DNA of 63,689 nucleotides, filler included, from Octopus bimaculoides (lineage: Eukaryota), in assembly GCF_001194135.2 (NCBI RefSeq). It is 6 parts of 6 records of this genome, joined end to end, with 100 filler letters (N's around TTAATTAATTAA, not from the genome) between each part and the next. Parts side by side here need not be neighbours in the genome. Positions count along the whole stretch, not along the records: positions 23,778 to 30,126 come from NC_068987.1; positions 30,227 to 59,908 come from NC_068983.1; 4 more parts are not named here. One strand, 5' to 3'. The first letter of the stretch is position 1, and every line of letters starts with the position of its first letter. Positions 24,336-37,009 of the stretch are shown here, in pieces. The notes beneath the pieces were generated by a model, which searched no databases, was not told the DNA's origin, and worked only from the letters and a program-made list of their open reading frames with translations. A program made the translations under genes and the position numbers.

Positions 24336-24821
24336 TTAAAGAAGGCTGAAATATTAAGCAAAATGTCTGAAACATTTTTTTCTTCAGCAGAATGTGAAAT
24401 ATATTCCTTGTATTTGTTTGTTTAGGTGAATTCTGAATTATGGCGAGTAACAAGCTACTACAATATACAATATATCTCACATGTATTGATTTCTCTCAAG
24501 AGAATATATTTGCTATAAGCAATAAAATCAATCAGATCTGAAGTAGCTTTAGGCTTAGTTGAGTTTCCTGCTTAAATATTTCATTCACAAATATTCACCA
24601 AAAATTTCTCTTCCTTTGGAGATTATTTTGAGAAAATCTTTAGGCAGAGGCGTGGTATAGGTGCGGTAAGAAGTTTGCTTCCCAACCACGTGGTTCCAGG
24701 TTCAGTCTTACTGTGTGAGGCCTTCTGCAATGTCTTCTACTATAACCTTTGGCTGACCATAGCCTTAGGCTGACCATAGCCTTGTGGGTGGATTTGGTAG
24801 ACAAAAACTGAAAGAAACCTG

Positions 24822-25100
24822 TCTATTATATAATATTCACAAAAATAAAGCAAAAAATAAACTCAAAAATGGACAAATTAAAAAAGGAAAATAATTAACT
24901 ATAGTAGGTTTAATATATTCTTTACTAAATAATTTAATTGCATCTGATAAAGGTTGAGGTAATCCTATTAAACCTACTTTATTAGGCCCTTTACGTATTT
25001 GAAAATATCTTAACCCTTTTCGCTCCAACAATGTAAAAAAAGCAACCGCCAATAATGCAGAAATACATGATACTATATAAGAAACCAAATCAACAAACAT
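24822..25100 (-). pseudogene. ND1: NUMT: mitochondrial ND1 5' third
   Basis: [59 protein letters not shown]... The frame continues through TGA (Trp) and AGA (Ser) in the invertebrate mitochondrial code. Confidence 0.93.
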
Positions 25101-25168
25101 TATTAAGAGAAAAAATAAACTTTTCATAAAAGGATCTTAAATCCTTCACACTAATCTGCCACCTTAAT
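25101..25168 (-). tRNA. trnL2: NUMT copy of mitochondrial tRNA-Leu(UUR)
   Basis: Acceptor stem ATTAAGG/TCTTAAT; anticodon arm AAGGA-TTTAAGA-TCCTT (anticodon TAA). It directly abuts the ND1 ATG. Confidence 0.85.
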
Positions 25169-25216
25169 ATAAAGTAAAAGCTATACTTTTATAAAATAAT
25201 TCTAAATTATTCACAT
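25169..25216 (-). tRNA. trnL1: NUMT copy of mitochondrial tRNA-Leu(CUN), 5'-truncated
   Basis: Anticodon arm AATAA-TTTAGAA-TTATT (anticodon TAG), upstream of trnL2. Confidence 0.75.
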
Positions 25217-25676
25217 GTGTGTGTTTGTGTGTGAGTATGTGAGAGTGTTTGTGTGTGTGTGTGTGTGCGTGTGTATGCGTGTATGTGTTTGTGTGTGAGT
25301 GTGCTTGTGTGTGTGTGTGTTTGTGTATGTGTGTGTGTTTGTGTGTGAGAGTGTTTGTGTGTGTGTTTGTTTGTGTGTGTGTGTGTGTGTGTGTCTTTAT
25401 ATCACTGTTTGTCCCAAAGTACAACTTGACAACCAGTGTTGGTGTGTTTACATCCCCGTAACATAGCAGTTTGGCAAAAATGATTGACAGAATAAGTACC
25501 AGGCTTCAAAAAATGTACTACGAGTGACTCATTCAACTAAAAACTATTCAAGGTTGTGCTCCAGCATGGCCACAGTCTAATGACTGACTGAAACACATAA
25601 AAGATTAAAGGTAAAAGATAAAAGATAAAAAGATCATAGAAAGAAATTTCCCGATCCAGTTTGCTCCAATATCTAT

Positions 25677-25715
<39 letters not shown>

Positions 25716-25984
25716 TATGTATGTATGTGTGTGTACATGCATATATCATACACATCATCATTACCATTTTAAGGCCATTTCTCCCCTGCCAAAACAGGAA
25801 TAAGCCTTGTCAACCCTGTAAATGTTTCCTTCCAACTCTCCTTCTTCTGGTTTGCTTATTTGATGCAGTTGTTTTACTCCTCAAGGCTTTCCTTGATGCC
25901 AACCTTTTAATCACCATTTCCAACAAACATGGAGAGGGTTTCAAAATGTCGCAAGACTAGTTTTGTTTCATAAAAAATAACTTA

Positions 25985-26140
25985 TTTACCCAAGTTTTAT
26001 CATCTTCTCCTTCGAAATAGTCATCTTGTGCAGCAATATATCAGTCTCAGCGTTCCTGCCACTTTTGGAATCCAGCCTGAAGGTTGTTTTCCATAAGTAA
26101 GTCAGGATCTTCTGCAATTCACTCTGGACCTTGACAATGG
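25985..26140 (-). mobile_element. mariner transposase C-terminal relic
   Basis: VQSELQKIL...QAGFQKWQER*D*YIAAQDDYFEG. Confidence 0.7.
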
Positions 26141-26385
26141 TACAGTTCTATATTTAAGAGATGAGGAATTATGTACATTATTTACATTATTTACAGTATT
26201 TACATTTGACGGATATTTGTCCTCATCTTGTTTGTTGTTAACACAACGTTTCAGCTGATATACCCTCCACCCTTCATCTGATGTCTTGGGGAAATTTCGA
26301 ACCTGGGTTCTCATTCCTATTATCATGATTATTATTATCATTATTATTATTATTATTATTATTATCATCATCATCATCATCATCA

Positions 26386-26445
<60 letters not shown>

Positions 26446-26446
<1 letters not shown>

Positions 26447-26572
26447 TCGTTTAACGTCCGCTTTCTATGCTAGCATGGGTTGGACGACTTGACTGAGGAC
26501 TGGTGAAACCGGATGGCAACACCAGGCTCCAATCTAAATTTGGCAGAGTTTCTACAGCTGGATGCCCTTCCT
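26446..26572 (-). mobile_element. RTE 3' tail inserted in the ATT array of the left pLTR arm
   Basis: The same tail as 23779-24095, in reverse orientation. Confidence 0.8.
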
Positions 26573-26818
26573 TATTATTATTGTTGTTGTTGTTGTTGTT
26601 ATCATTATCATCATTATTATTTTTCAGGTCACTGCCTGGAATCAAACTTGGAATTTTAGGGTTAATAGTCCATGCTCTTAACCACTATGCATATGGCGCG
26701 GGCTACTAACACCGAGATTCCAAGTTTGATTCCAGGCAGTGACCTGAATAATAATAATAATAATGATAATAATAATAAAAACAATAACAACAACAACAAC
26801 AATAATAATAATAATAAA

Positions 26819-27165
26819 TGACGACGTTTCTCTAAAAGAAATGGAAAAACTTTCAAAATACAAAGACCTGGAAATAGAGATAACTCGAATGTGGAATCTA
26901 AAAACAGAAACAATTCCTATCATAGTAGGTGCCTTAGGTATAATAAAAAAATATTCAGACAAATACATAACAAAAACACCAGGACTTACAAATATATATA
27001 ACATACAGAAAATTGCACTACTGGGCACTGAACACATCCTACGCGAAACACTCTCAATACAGTAAACATAAGAGCACCACAGCAAACCACAGCACATACC
27101 CAAGGCACACAGAGCTGCGCTCGGTAGTGAAGTGAAAGCACGTTATAAAAATAAAACTACTGAAC
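26819..27165 (+). mobile_element. R4/Dong-like RLE 3' end inserted in the TAA array of the right pLTR arm
   Basis: DDVSLKEMEKLSKYKDLEIEITRMWNLKTETIPIIVGALG...IQKIALLGTEHILRETLSIQ*, then a 3' UTR. (TAA)n lies on both sides. Confidence 0.85.
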
Positions 27166-27962
27166 AATAATAATAATATCATCAAAAAATATTTTAGGAA
27201 TGAGAACCCAGGTTCGAAATTTCCCCAAGACATCAGATGAAGGCTGGAAGGTATATCAGCCGAAATGTGTTAACAACAAACAAGATGAGGACAAATATCC
27301 GTCAAATGTAAATATTGTATATAATTCCTCATCTCTTAAATATAGAACATTGTACGATTAGTTCAAAATAATGTGAATACATAAGCATCTCACATTTGAG
27401 AGAGTAGTCTGAATTTTAAAGGGTTAAAGTCAGAATAATCTTAAAGTTCTTTTGGCAAAAAGTTTGATTTATTGTTTCCAAAATGGTTTGGGCTGAGACA
27501 GTTACCCTCTCTCCACTTGCAGAGTGTTTTGTATATTCTAAGAGAAAACAATTGTTTTTTTAAATTTTTTTTTTTATTTGATAAGATTAAAAAATATCAA
27601 CAAGGAAAGTTAAGTAAAAGTATTTTCAGAAGTTATTGCCAAGAATGTGACACAAGTAAATCCAAAGAAACAATCATTGGTAATGTAACAGCTTGGTTCT
27701 GATAATGAGAGAGATAGGGAGGAGGAGGAGGAGGAGGAGGACCATGTTGATGATGATGATGATGATGGCAACGACGATGATAATAATGAGAATATTGATG
27801 ATGATGACAATGACAGCAACAACGACAACGACGACGATGATGGTGATGGTGGTGTTGGTGGTGGTAATGATTATGATAATTCTTCATTTGCTACAAGGAC
27901 AATGAATATAAGAACTTTAGATTGTTCACTTTAGATTGTTCCGGTTTTTATTTACACTGAAT

Positions 27963-28035
27963 GCTGTCCTAATCATTGTTATCCTAATCATTGTTGTCCT
28001 AATCAGTGTTGTCCTAATCATTGTTGTCCTAATCA
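27963..28035. repeat. 15-bp tandem repeat x5 (tgtcctaatcattgt)
   Basis: Seen directly in the sequence. Confidence 0.85.
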
Positions 28036-28274
28036 TCCGTTTCATACCTCTGTTTCTCTACCTTTCCATTCAGACATCAGTCAATAACATCATCACAGAC
28101 TGAGTCAGTTCTCAGTCCAAGACCATTCTCCTTCTACATAAGTTAGTGACCATATCTCCCTCATAAATTCCACTTTATGTCATGATTTCTATGGTTACAT
28201 CGCCCTCTTATTGTCAAACACTTTACAGATTGTACTTGCAAATCCATTTTAAAGTCACAGGTCACCTTTTGTTA

Positions 28275-28745
28275 ATGCTGGTCGTGCTGGTGGCACATTA
28301 AAAGCACCATTCATGTATGATCATTGCCGTTCTTACCTGACTGGCTCTCGTGCCAGTGACATGTAAAAAGCACCTTTCAAGCGTGGCCGATACCAGTGCC
28401 GGCTGACTGATCACTTGCCAATGGTACAAAAATGTACCATTCGAGCATGGTCATTGCCAGTGCCGCCTGACTGGCTCTCGTGTCGGTGGCACGTAAGAAG
28501 CACCATTCAAGCGTAGTCAATGCCAGTACCGCCTGACTGGTCCTCATGCCGGTGGCATGTAAAAAGCACCCACTACACTCCTGGAGTGGTTGGCGTTAGG
28601 AAGGGTATCCAGCTGTAGAAACATTGCCAGATCAGATTGGAGCCTGGTACAGCCTTCTAGCTTGCCAGTCCTTAGTCAAACCGTCCAACCCATGCCAGCA
28701 TGGAAAGTGGACGTTAAACGACAACAATGATGATGATGATGATGC
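28275..28745 (+). mobile_element. RTE 3' UTR with ~60-65-bp internal tandem units and (GAT)n tail
   Basis: The unit gccagtgccgcctgactggctctcgtgtcggtggcacgtaaaagcaccattc recurs about five times, followed by the conserved tail. Confidence 0.8.
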
Positions 28746-29733
28746 TTTCACCACTGTTCCATACAAAGGCACAAAAGTAATGACCAACCACAGACCAGTG
28801 TCATTTTCGATGTCTCTTAAGGGGACCCATGTATCTCTTTGTCCCACAGATTGAGGAACAAATGAATTAGCTGACGTACATCTGACAACTTCAGCCATGT
28901 TTCACTGAGCAAATAGTGTTATAACTTTTGTCGTTTTTTGCTAGTCATGGATGATAGAATGTGTGTTTACTTGAAGGGGCACATAAAAAGAAGAATAACT
29001 GTAACAAAGTGACAAGAAATTCCAAACAATAAATAATTTCTCAAAACTTCTGAAAGTTACTCATGAAAATTCCACAAGACTATGGCCACCCTGACCTCTG
29101 AAGCAAGTACCTTCTCCCTGTTGTTTTTCTTCAATCTGCAGGTACATACTCAGAGTAGGCCTTTTCACTCAGACAATGTCTGCCACTCTCATCCATCTTT
29201 CACCAAGGAGACAACATTTCTCTCTCTCTCCACTGGATAAATTGATGAGAGGTTGACAAAAGAGGAAGGTGTTTGTTTTCAGTTCTTTCAATCTGGTCCA
29301 AGACACAACAGCTTTTACTAAAACCACCAGACACTTAAAGACTGCCTGTTCTTCCTAGGAGACAATGTTGACTGTGGCAGGATTTGAACCTAGAACATAA
29401 AAAGACATAAATATGGCAACATATTTTACCTGACACTCTATCATTTCTGCCAATCTGCCAAAATATTGACCAACAATCTAGCAATGGTTTTACGATAATG
29501 TGGTATCAGATATAAGGAATCACTTCTTAAAATATCTTTTGAAATATGGCCTCAATATTTGTTATAATTCAATAGTGGTATGGTGTTAGAAGAATTTTAC
29601 CAAATTCCTTAGAGTTCAGATATGTTCTTATATATACTGAGAAGAAAATCGTTCTGTGGCCAGAGTATGACAGAACAAAAATATCTCAGGGTCCCATCAT
29701 CACCATCATCATCATCACCATCATCACCATCAC

Positions 29734-29784
<51 letters not shown>

Positions 29785-29807
29785 TGTTTAACATTTGTTT
29801 TCCATGG

Positions 29808-30126
29808 TGAAATTGTTGAGATGCTTGAACGGAGATGCGTAGATATGTGCTGCATCCAGGAAGTAAGATGGAGAGGAGGTTCTGCAAGGTTCCTCACAGG
29901 CAAAGAACACAGGTACAAGATTTTCTGGGCAGGGAACACTGACGGGGTCGGGGGCGTAGGAATACTTCTAGCGGAGAAATGGGTGGATAAGGTAATCGAG
30001 GTCGTTAGAGTAAGTGACAGAGTACTTAAGATCAGACTAGTGCTTCATCATAGATTAGCTACTGTCATCTCAGCCTATGCACCTCAACCTGGGCTACCAG
30101 ATGGTCTGAAAGACCAATTCTATGAC
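29808..30126 (+). mobile_element. RTE APE endonuclease fragment (open frame up to a gap)
   Basis: EIVEMLERRCVDMCCIQEVRWRGGSARF...GVGILLAEKW...ISAYAPQ. Confidence 0.88.
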
Positions 30127-30537
30127 NNNNNNNNNNNNNNNNNNNNNNNNNNNNNNNNNNNNNNNNNNNNTTAATTAATTAANNNNNNNNNNNNNNNNNN
30201 NNNNNNNNNNNNNNNNNNNNNNNNNNTATATATATACAGTGTGTGTGTGTGTGTGTGTGTGTGTACATATCTATGAATACACACAGACACATAAGTATTT
30301 ATGTACGTGTGTGTGTGCGTATGTATAAATACACACACGCATGTATATATTTACATATATGTGTGCATGTGTGTATGTGAATGTGTGTGTGTGTGTGTGC
30401 ATGTGTGTGTGTGAGTGTGTGTGTGAGTGCGTGCGCTTATGCATGTATAATGTCATTGTATACATATATACGCACATACATATCTATATACAATATACAT
30501 TTATATATATATATATAAATGTAGATATTTATAAGTA

Positions 30538-30586
<49 letters not shown>

Positions 30587-32684
30587 TATGCTTGTATGGG
30601 GTGCGTGCAATTCCGCAGTACTCAGATGTATTTAACATTAAGAAATACCACCACTAAAGTACTGGCAACGCATTAAAGTAATTCAATTTTTAAAAATCTT
30701 ACTTACTAAAACGAAATATCTTAGTTTCACATAACTGTATGTAAACGATATGGAATACAGCATATTTAGACACGTTTATTGTGGTTTGCTGGAGGCAATT
30801 ATTAGCTTTTAGTTGATGGGCGGTTCCAAAACATATCAACTTAATGAATGTTTATTATTTGTTTCTTACTTGTTTTCGAAGATTTTTTCCTAAGCACTAT
30901 ACTCCTTTTTTTCTTTTTGGTTGTATTTGTTGCTTTTGAATTTCTTACACAACATGAATTTTAACGTTCGTGCGCTGAATCTCGTTGAAGAAAATAGCGC
31001 ATGACCGATATATGTCTCAAACAAATAGCAAATATTGATTCCTCACTGACATATTGGTGCAGACATGATCATCTGCTTAAGAAATTCACATCATAGTCAA
31101 ATATTCTGGGGGTTGATCTCTGCATAGCCCACCAGGCAAGTATTTTCAATTTTGCCTCAAGACTTACCCAATCTTTTAAATAAAATTGGGTAGACAGAAG
31201 AGGTGTGCTAGCTCACTTGATAGTCTCTACTTCTCCTGCTTCGAAGAACTAGTCCGTTGTCCGAATTATCACCAACGCCCTGGCTTCTTAATGTTATTTT
31301 TAATGGCCATTCTGTTGCAGACAGTTGGAAAATGTATTTAGTAAAATGATAACACGATATTTGGATGCGCTTCTTTCTTCATCAGCAACTTACGAGTTGT
31401 TTTTCTCAGTCTCCCTTTTTATATATCTGTGTTGTTGGACTACTATTTTTGCCTGTTGCTAAAATAAAAATCACAACAAATTCATGATTTAATGCCTTCA
31501 ACTGGGAATGAAACCTGGACTTCTGCTGCCTTGGAAAAACATTCCCAAAATGTTTTAGTAGGAGTTGCTTTTGTGACACTCATTCTTTGGTCAAGTCTAC
31601 TTCGAATCCTAAGAGAAGCACTTGGTATCAACCGAGAACTGAAACTTCTCTGTAGTACCAAGTGCTCCAAAAGATTCCTCGTTTTAAAAGCTTTAATTAA
31701 ATGCAAAGTGAACCGATTTGGTTGATCTATTTTTAAACCTGATGTTAGTAAATTGAAGATTTGTATGGATTTTATCGAGATAAATTTAGTTATTTTATCG
31801 GTGAGTTAAAATGTGTAAAGCATAATTTATAAATACAATTTAAAGAGTAGATTTAAATTGAAAACTACTTTAATGGCGAGTTACTGAAACATTATTTAAA
31901 TTGTAATTTTATAGAATTTGTAAATATGTAAGAGTTTATATAATTCATCATTAAAATAACTATATTGGGAAATTGTTAATTCTAAATCATAAATAACGGT
32001 TACAGTTCAGATTGATAACTAGAAAGTAAAGAAGTGGTGGATACTAAAGATAAGCATATTTTCGTTCAAGTCTTTTTTATTTTTCTTAGTTTGTTCTACA
32101 GTATTGATTTCCAAAACCATTAATCTCGTTCTGTCGCATTAGGATTTCACTTCATTTATTTACATATACTATTTACATATACCTTTATTTACATATACTA
32201 CATATATTTACATATACTAATATGAATAAAGAAAGCGCTAAGCGGTCACTCTATCAACTAGAAATAGCAATTAAATCTCTCTGATCCCGACCAGTTATCT
32301 TAAAAAGGAAGGACGCGTCTAAAAAATAAAGGTAAGTATAAGAAGGCTTTGAGTGGAATTTCTCTGGTTATAGACCTGCTTGATCAGGGTTGACCGGTAC
32401 TAAACAACAACTACAACAACATACCTATATGCTCATAAGTTATATTTTTCACTGCCTGATATTTCGAAGCAGCTGCATTGAAAACTACTAGCTGCTTACA
32501 TGGGTAAAAGCTGAAAGAGAGAGAGAAAGAGTAGAGCAGCATTTTATGAAACGTTTAATTAATCACAATGCCTTAAAATATGATCAATAAACTTAGATGC
32601 AGAGAGAGGATTTCAAAGTATTGTATGTATAAAATATGAATGCATAGGCGTAGACACACACACACACACACACACACACAGATA

Positions 32685-32893
32685 GTTGTTTCAAATTTTG
32701 GCACAGGGAGAGAAATTTAAGGGACGGGGATAAGTCGGTTACATCTTCCTCTATATTCAACTGGTAATTATTTTATCGACCCTGAAGGGATGAAGGACAG
32801 AGTCGACCTTGGTGGAATTTAAACTCAGAACGTAAAGAGCAGGGATGTTGTTAAGCATTTTGCCCGGCGTGCTAACGACTCTGCCAGCTCGCC
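32685..32893 (-). mobile_element. Family-A SINE
   Basis: Head GGCGAGCTGGCAGAGTCGTTAGC, B-box and core. Confidence 0.8.
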
Positions 32894-33260
32894 TATATAT
32901 ATACATACATATATATATATATATATATANNNNNNNNNNNNNNNNNNNNNNNNNNNNNNNNNNNNNNNNNNNNNNNNNNNNNNNNNNNNNNNNNNNNNNN
33001 NNNNNNNNNNNNNNNNNNNNNNNNNNNNNNNNNNNNNNNNNNNNNNNNNNNNNNNNNNNNNNNNNNNNNNNNNNNNNNNNNNNNNNNNNNNNNNNNNNNN
33101 NNNNNNNNNNNNNNNNNNNNNNNNNNNNNNNNNNNNNNNNNNNNNNNNNNNNNNNNNNNNNNNNNNNNNNNNNNNNNNNNNNNNNNNNNNNNNNNNNNNN
33201 NNNNNNNNNNNNNNNNNNNNNNNNNNNNNNNNNNNNNNNNNNNNNNNNNNNNNNNNNNNN

Positions 33261-33301
<41 letters not shown>

Positions 33302-33419
33302 ATATATATATATATATAATATGTATATAATATGTATATATAATACGTGTACATGATGACATGTCACAAACTGCGTGTCCTCGATATTGGTGGAAAACTG
33401 TGAGAGTAGCTGCGAGGAT

Positions 33420-34480
33420 TTTTAAGTGGTAAACGTCAGACAGTTACACCCAATCGTGCTTTCTCTGGAGACACATTAATTCTTAGCGGAGACCTTCAAG
33501 GAGCTGTACTTGGACCACTAATGCTTGTGGTGGCTCTCTCAAACATGCCCTTGTCTATACCGTCAATCACGTTCTCCATCTATGCTGATGATACAAGTGT
33601 ATCAGAGGAGGTCAAGGACCTTGATGACATACTAAAACTGCAACAGGACCTGATTGCAATATACAAATCGAATGAAGAAAACGGCATGCAGTCTGATGCT
33701 ATGAAGTATCAACCACTCCACTATCGGCCCACAAAAACATTACAATTAGAATATGCAGGACCAAGGGGTAGTGCAATTCCAGAATCAGAGTTGACGCGTT
33801 GCCTGCGAATCCACATCAGTAATGATGCAGCATTCCGTGTTCATATTATCATGATGGCAACACTGGGCAGGCGAGTAGCTGGAGGGATTCTAAGATCATT
33901 CAAAGCAGAAAATAGATACCATACTACTCATATGGAGAACTTTCGCTATCAGTTGCCGGAATTCCTGCTTTCAGCTGTGGTCAATGCAGAGCGTCAAACT
34001 GGTGGCGGAACTTGAGACCACCCAGCGCCACTTCACAAAGAGATTGGCTCGGTGAAACAGATGAGCTACTGGAAGAGGTTAAAGGAACTGAGGGTCTACT
34101 CCACACTGAGTTAAGACATAAAAGATATGCAATGATATACACGTGGAAGATCCTGGAAGGTCTAACTCCCAACCTTGGAATTGGAAATTTTACCAACCAC
34201 TAAATTGGACGGCACTACATGATACCAAAGATACCGCCTTCCCCATCTAGCATAAAGACCTAGTGCTGTAACATTTTGGGTTTCAACAGTCCACAACTAT
34301 TCAACATTCTACCAAATAACCGCAGAGATTTGTAAGGTGTTGATGTGGAAATTTTCAAAGAACGTTCAGGCAAATTTTTTATCTGAGATACTAGATGAGA
34401 TCTCATTGTGGCAGGATGGACAAAGAACATTAGCACCACCCAACTCGTTACTTCACAAAAACCAGCACAGAAAGGGAACC
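33420..34480 (+). mobile_element. CR1/L2-type LINE RT 3' relic
   Basis: GDLQGAVLGPLMLVV...IYADDT...LQQDL..IY, followed by RYAMIYTWKILEGL.PN.GI in the C-terminal region. Confidence 0.8.
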
Positions 34481-35671
34481 CAAACGCACTGAAAAATGTT
34501 AAAAGTTAACATATATATATATAGTTGCTATTATGCAAAATTATCGTAAATCCAAAACGTTACTTTTTAGAAAACAAAAGCATAGTTTTATCATTCCATA
34601 ACAAAACCATTGTACTATACTTTGACAATTTTTGAAAACCTTGGCATTTGAAGCAGCTGGAGATACGATAGTTCGACCAAAAGAACTGGCTATTGCAAGC
34701 AAAAATATATATTGAAAAACGCTTATGGCCAAATTTGGACATACGACAGTTTAACGTGATAGTAACACTATATGTGTGTGTGTGAGTGTGTGTATGTGTA
34801 TGTACGTATGTGTGTGTGTATGTGTATACAAATACACACACACGCACATACATTTAATTTCATTCTAAAAAGATGTTGGTTAGTTATGAGAATTTATTGA
34901 GAGTGAAATAATATTTCTCATTCAATAATTAATGAAACACGTCGTAGACAGTATATTTTTAACACAAATTCACATTTTTGTATTATTATTGTTTCTATGA
35001 TTGTTAATGAAATCTCATCTACTTTGTTTTCTTTTGAAAGTGCAAATATAAAAGAAATTCCCGACTGTATTACTATATTTCTCGCTGGAAACACAAAAGT
35101 GTTACTTGCCAGACATAATGTAATATATTGTTCAGAAACATCCTTGCCTCATTGTTTCGATCTAAAATCTGTCAAGATACAGTTATAATTTAAAGGCGCG
35201 GCAGAGGAATCATTTAACTAATTGACAATAAATGATATTTAATCCAATTTTCATAACTCAACGATTCACTAATAACCAGAGATAATGCCATTGAATAGCA
35301 AAGACGCGATCTAAAAATGTTAACGCTACTGTAAAATGTTTGAAAACATCTTTTTAGTTTAGTTAACAAATAACTTAACTAAGCCGGCAGACAAATTTCA
35401 GTTACTAAGTATTCTGTAATAAAAGGGAAATAACCGCAAAAGAAAAAAAATCATCAATGTATAAATAAGAATTAGATTAAGTTAAGAATATAACATGGTG
35501 CCTTCTCTTTTTGCGCGAGAAAAAACGTCTGGCGTCAAAGAAAATTATTGTTTAGAATTTCCATAATTTCAAAACTTCGATATAAGTATTACATTAGGAT
35601 GATAGTATTTCAAAACTAAAAAAAGAAATATTTTTATACACTATGTTGTCATATAATAAGTGCTTAACAGG

Positions 35672-36980
35672 AAGGCGCCGAGCTGGTATAAACGTTAGCA
35701 CGCCGGTTGAAATACTCAGCGGTATTTCGTCTGTCTTTACGTTCTGAGTTCAAGATCTACCGGTGTCGGCTTTGCCTTTTATCCTTTCAGGGTCGTTAAA
35801 TTAAGTACCACTAGCATCAATCTAATCGACTGGCCCCCTCCCCAAAGTGTCGGAGTAGAAAAGAATATTTGTTTAATAGTCATCGGATGACTCGGCAAAT
35901 AATAATAATAATTACTTCAAATTTTGGCACAAGGCCAGCAATAGGGAGCGGGGTTATTTATGACCTATGTTCTTGTTTAGCACTTCACTTTATCGACCAC
36001 GAAGAGATGAAAGGGGAAATTGACTTCAGTGGTATTTGAACCCAGAATTTAAAGAGTTGAAATAAAGGCTTCTACTCATTTCTTCCGCCGGGTAAACAAT
36101 TCTGACACTTCACTGCTTTACTATTCCTTTCATTAATAAGCACAAGGCCTGAAATTTTAGTGGGTGGAGCTAAGTCGATTACAGCGACCCAGTGTCCAAC
36201 TGGAATTTATCTTATAGACCCGCCCCACAAAAGGATGAAAGCCAAAGTCGACCTCGTCGGAATTTGAACTCAGAATGTAAAGACGAGCAGAATGCTGCTA
36301 CACATTTCGTCTGGCGTGCAAACGATTCTGCCAGTTCACCGCTTTAATAACAATCCCTTCTACTAAGGGTACAAGTCTTCAAATTTGTGGGGAGGGGACT
36401 AATCGATTACATCGATACCAGTGTTTCACTGGTACTTAATTATCGACCCTGAAAGGATGAAATGCAAAGTGAAGACAGACGAGATACCGCTAAGCATTTG
36501 AGCCGGCATGCTAACGGTTATGCCAGCTCACCGCTTTAATATTAATAATAATGATAAGAAAGAGGATTTCTAACAAGCATTATCGTTCCTCTTTATATGT
36601 ATTATTATGTTCCTCTTGTTTCTTTTTTTTTTTTTTGGATTCATTAAATTCTGTTTCTGTTTATTTTCTTCCGATTATTTCTTCATCTTACATTTTCATT
36701 ACTCGATCAATTTTATTTCTAGCATTATAGGTGAACATCTTGACAACGTTCCCCTTTTTAAAGCAATACACAATAATTCCTTAAATATTGATTTCAAATT
36801 TTGGCAGAAGTCCAGCAATTATATCAACCCCAGTGCTCAACTGGTACTTATTTTATCGACTCCGAAATGATGAAATGTAAAGTCGACTTTGGTAGAATTT
36901 CAACTCAGTACGGTAAGACGGACAAATTGCTGCTAAGCATTTTGACCGGCTTGCTAATGATTCTGACAACTCGCTGCCTC
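35672..36980. mobile_element. Cluster of five family-A SINEs (one plus, four minus; three head-to-tail)
   Basis: Copies at ~35672-35870(+), 35915-36118, 36125-36345, 36352-36537 and 36788-36980(-). Confidence 0.8.
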
Positions 36981-37009
36981 ATAATTGTTTAAATATTAGA
37001 ATCTCAGCA

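Larger units (their letters stand above)
24644..25630 (+). mobile_element. tRNA-derived SINE (family B: head + (GT)n + tail) interrupted by a NUMT
   Basis: The head (24644-24822) and tail (~25396-25630) are collinear with the uninterrupted copy at 48725-49135. Confidence 0.75.
26145..27348. mobile_element. Head-to-head inverted pair of Penelope pseudo-LTRs with nested insertions
   Basis: The left arm (minus) has a tRNA-like head at 26625-26690 and a hammerhead unit at 26145-26319. The right arm (plus) has a head at 26689-26746 and a hammerhead unit at 27195-27348. Confidence 0.8.

Noticed and set aside
24822-25168. ND1 and tRNA-Leu as functional genes
   Set aside because: They are truncated, use the mitochondrial code, and are embedded in a nuclear SINE, so this is a NUMT.
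28275-28570. Regularly spaced repeats as a CRISPR array (also 4957-5435)
   Set aside because: These are eukaryotic TE-internal tandem repeats, with no unique spacers and no cas genes.
31000-31700. Possible piggyBac/hAT transposase relic
   Set aside because: Only faint similarity by eye, with no catalytic motif or TIR found.
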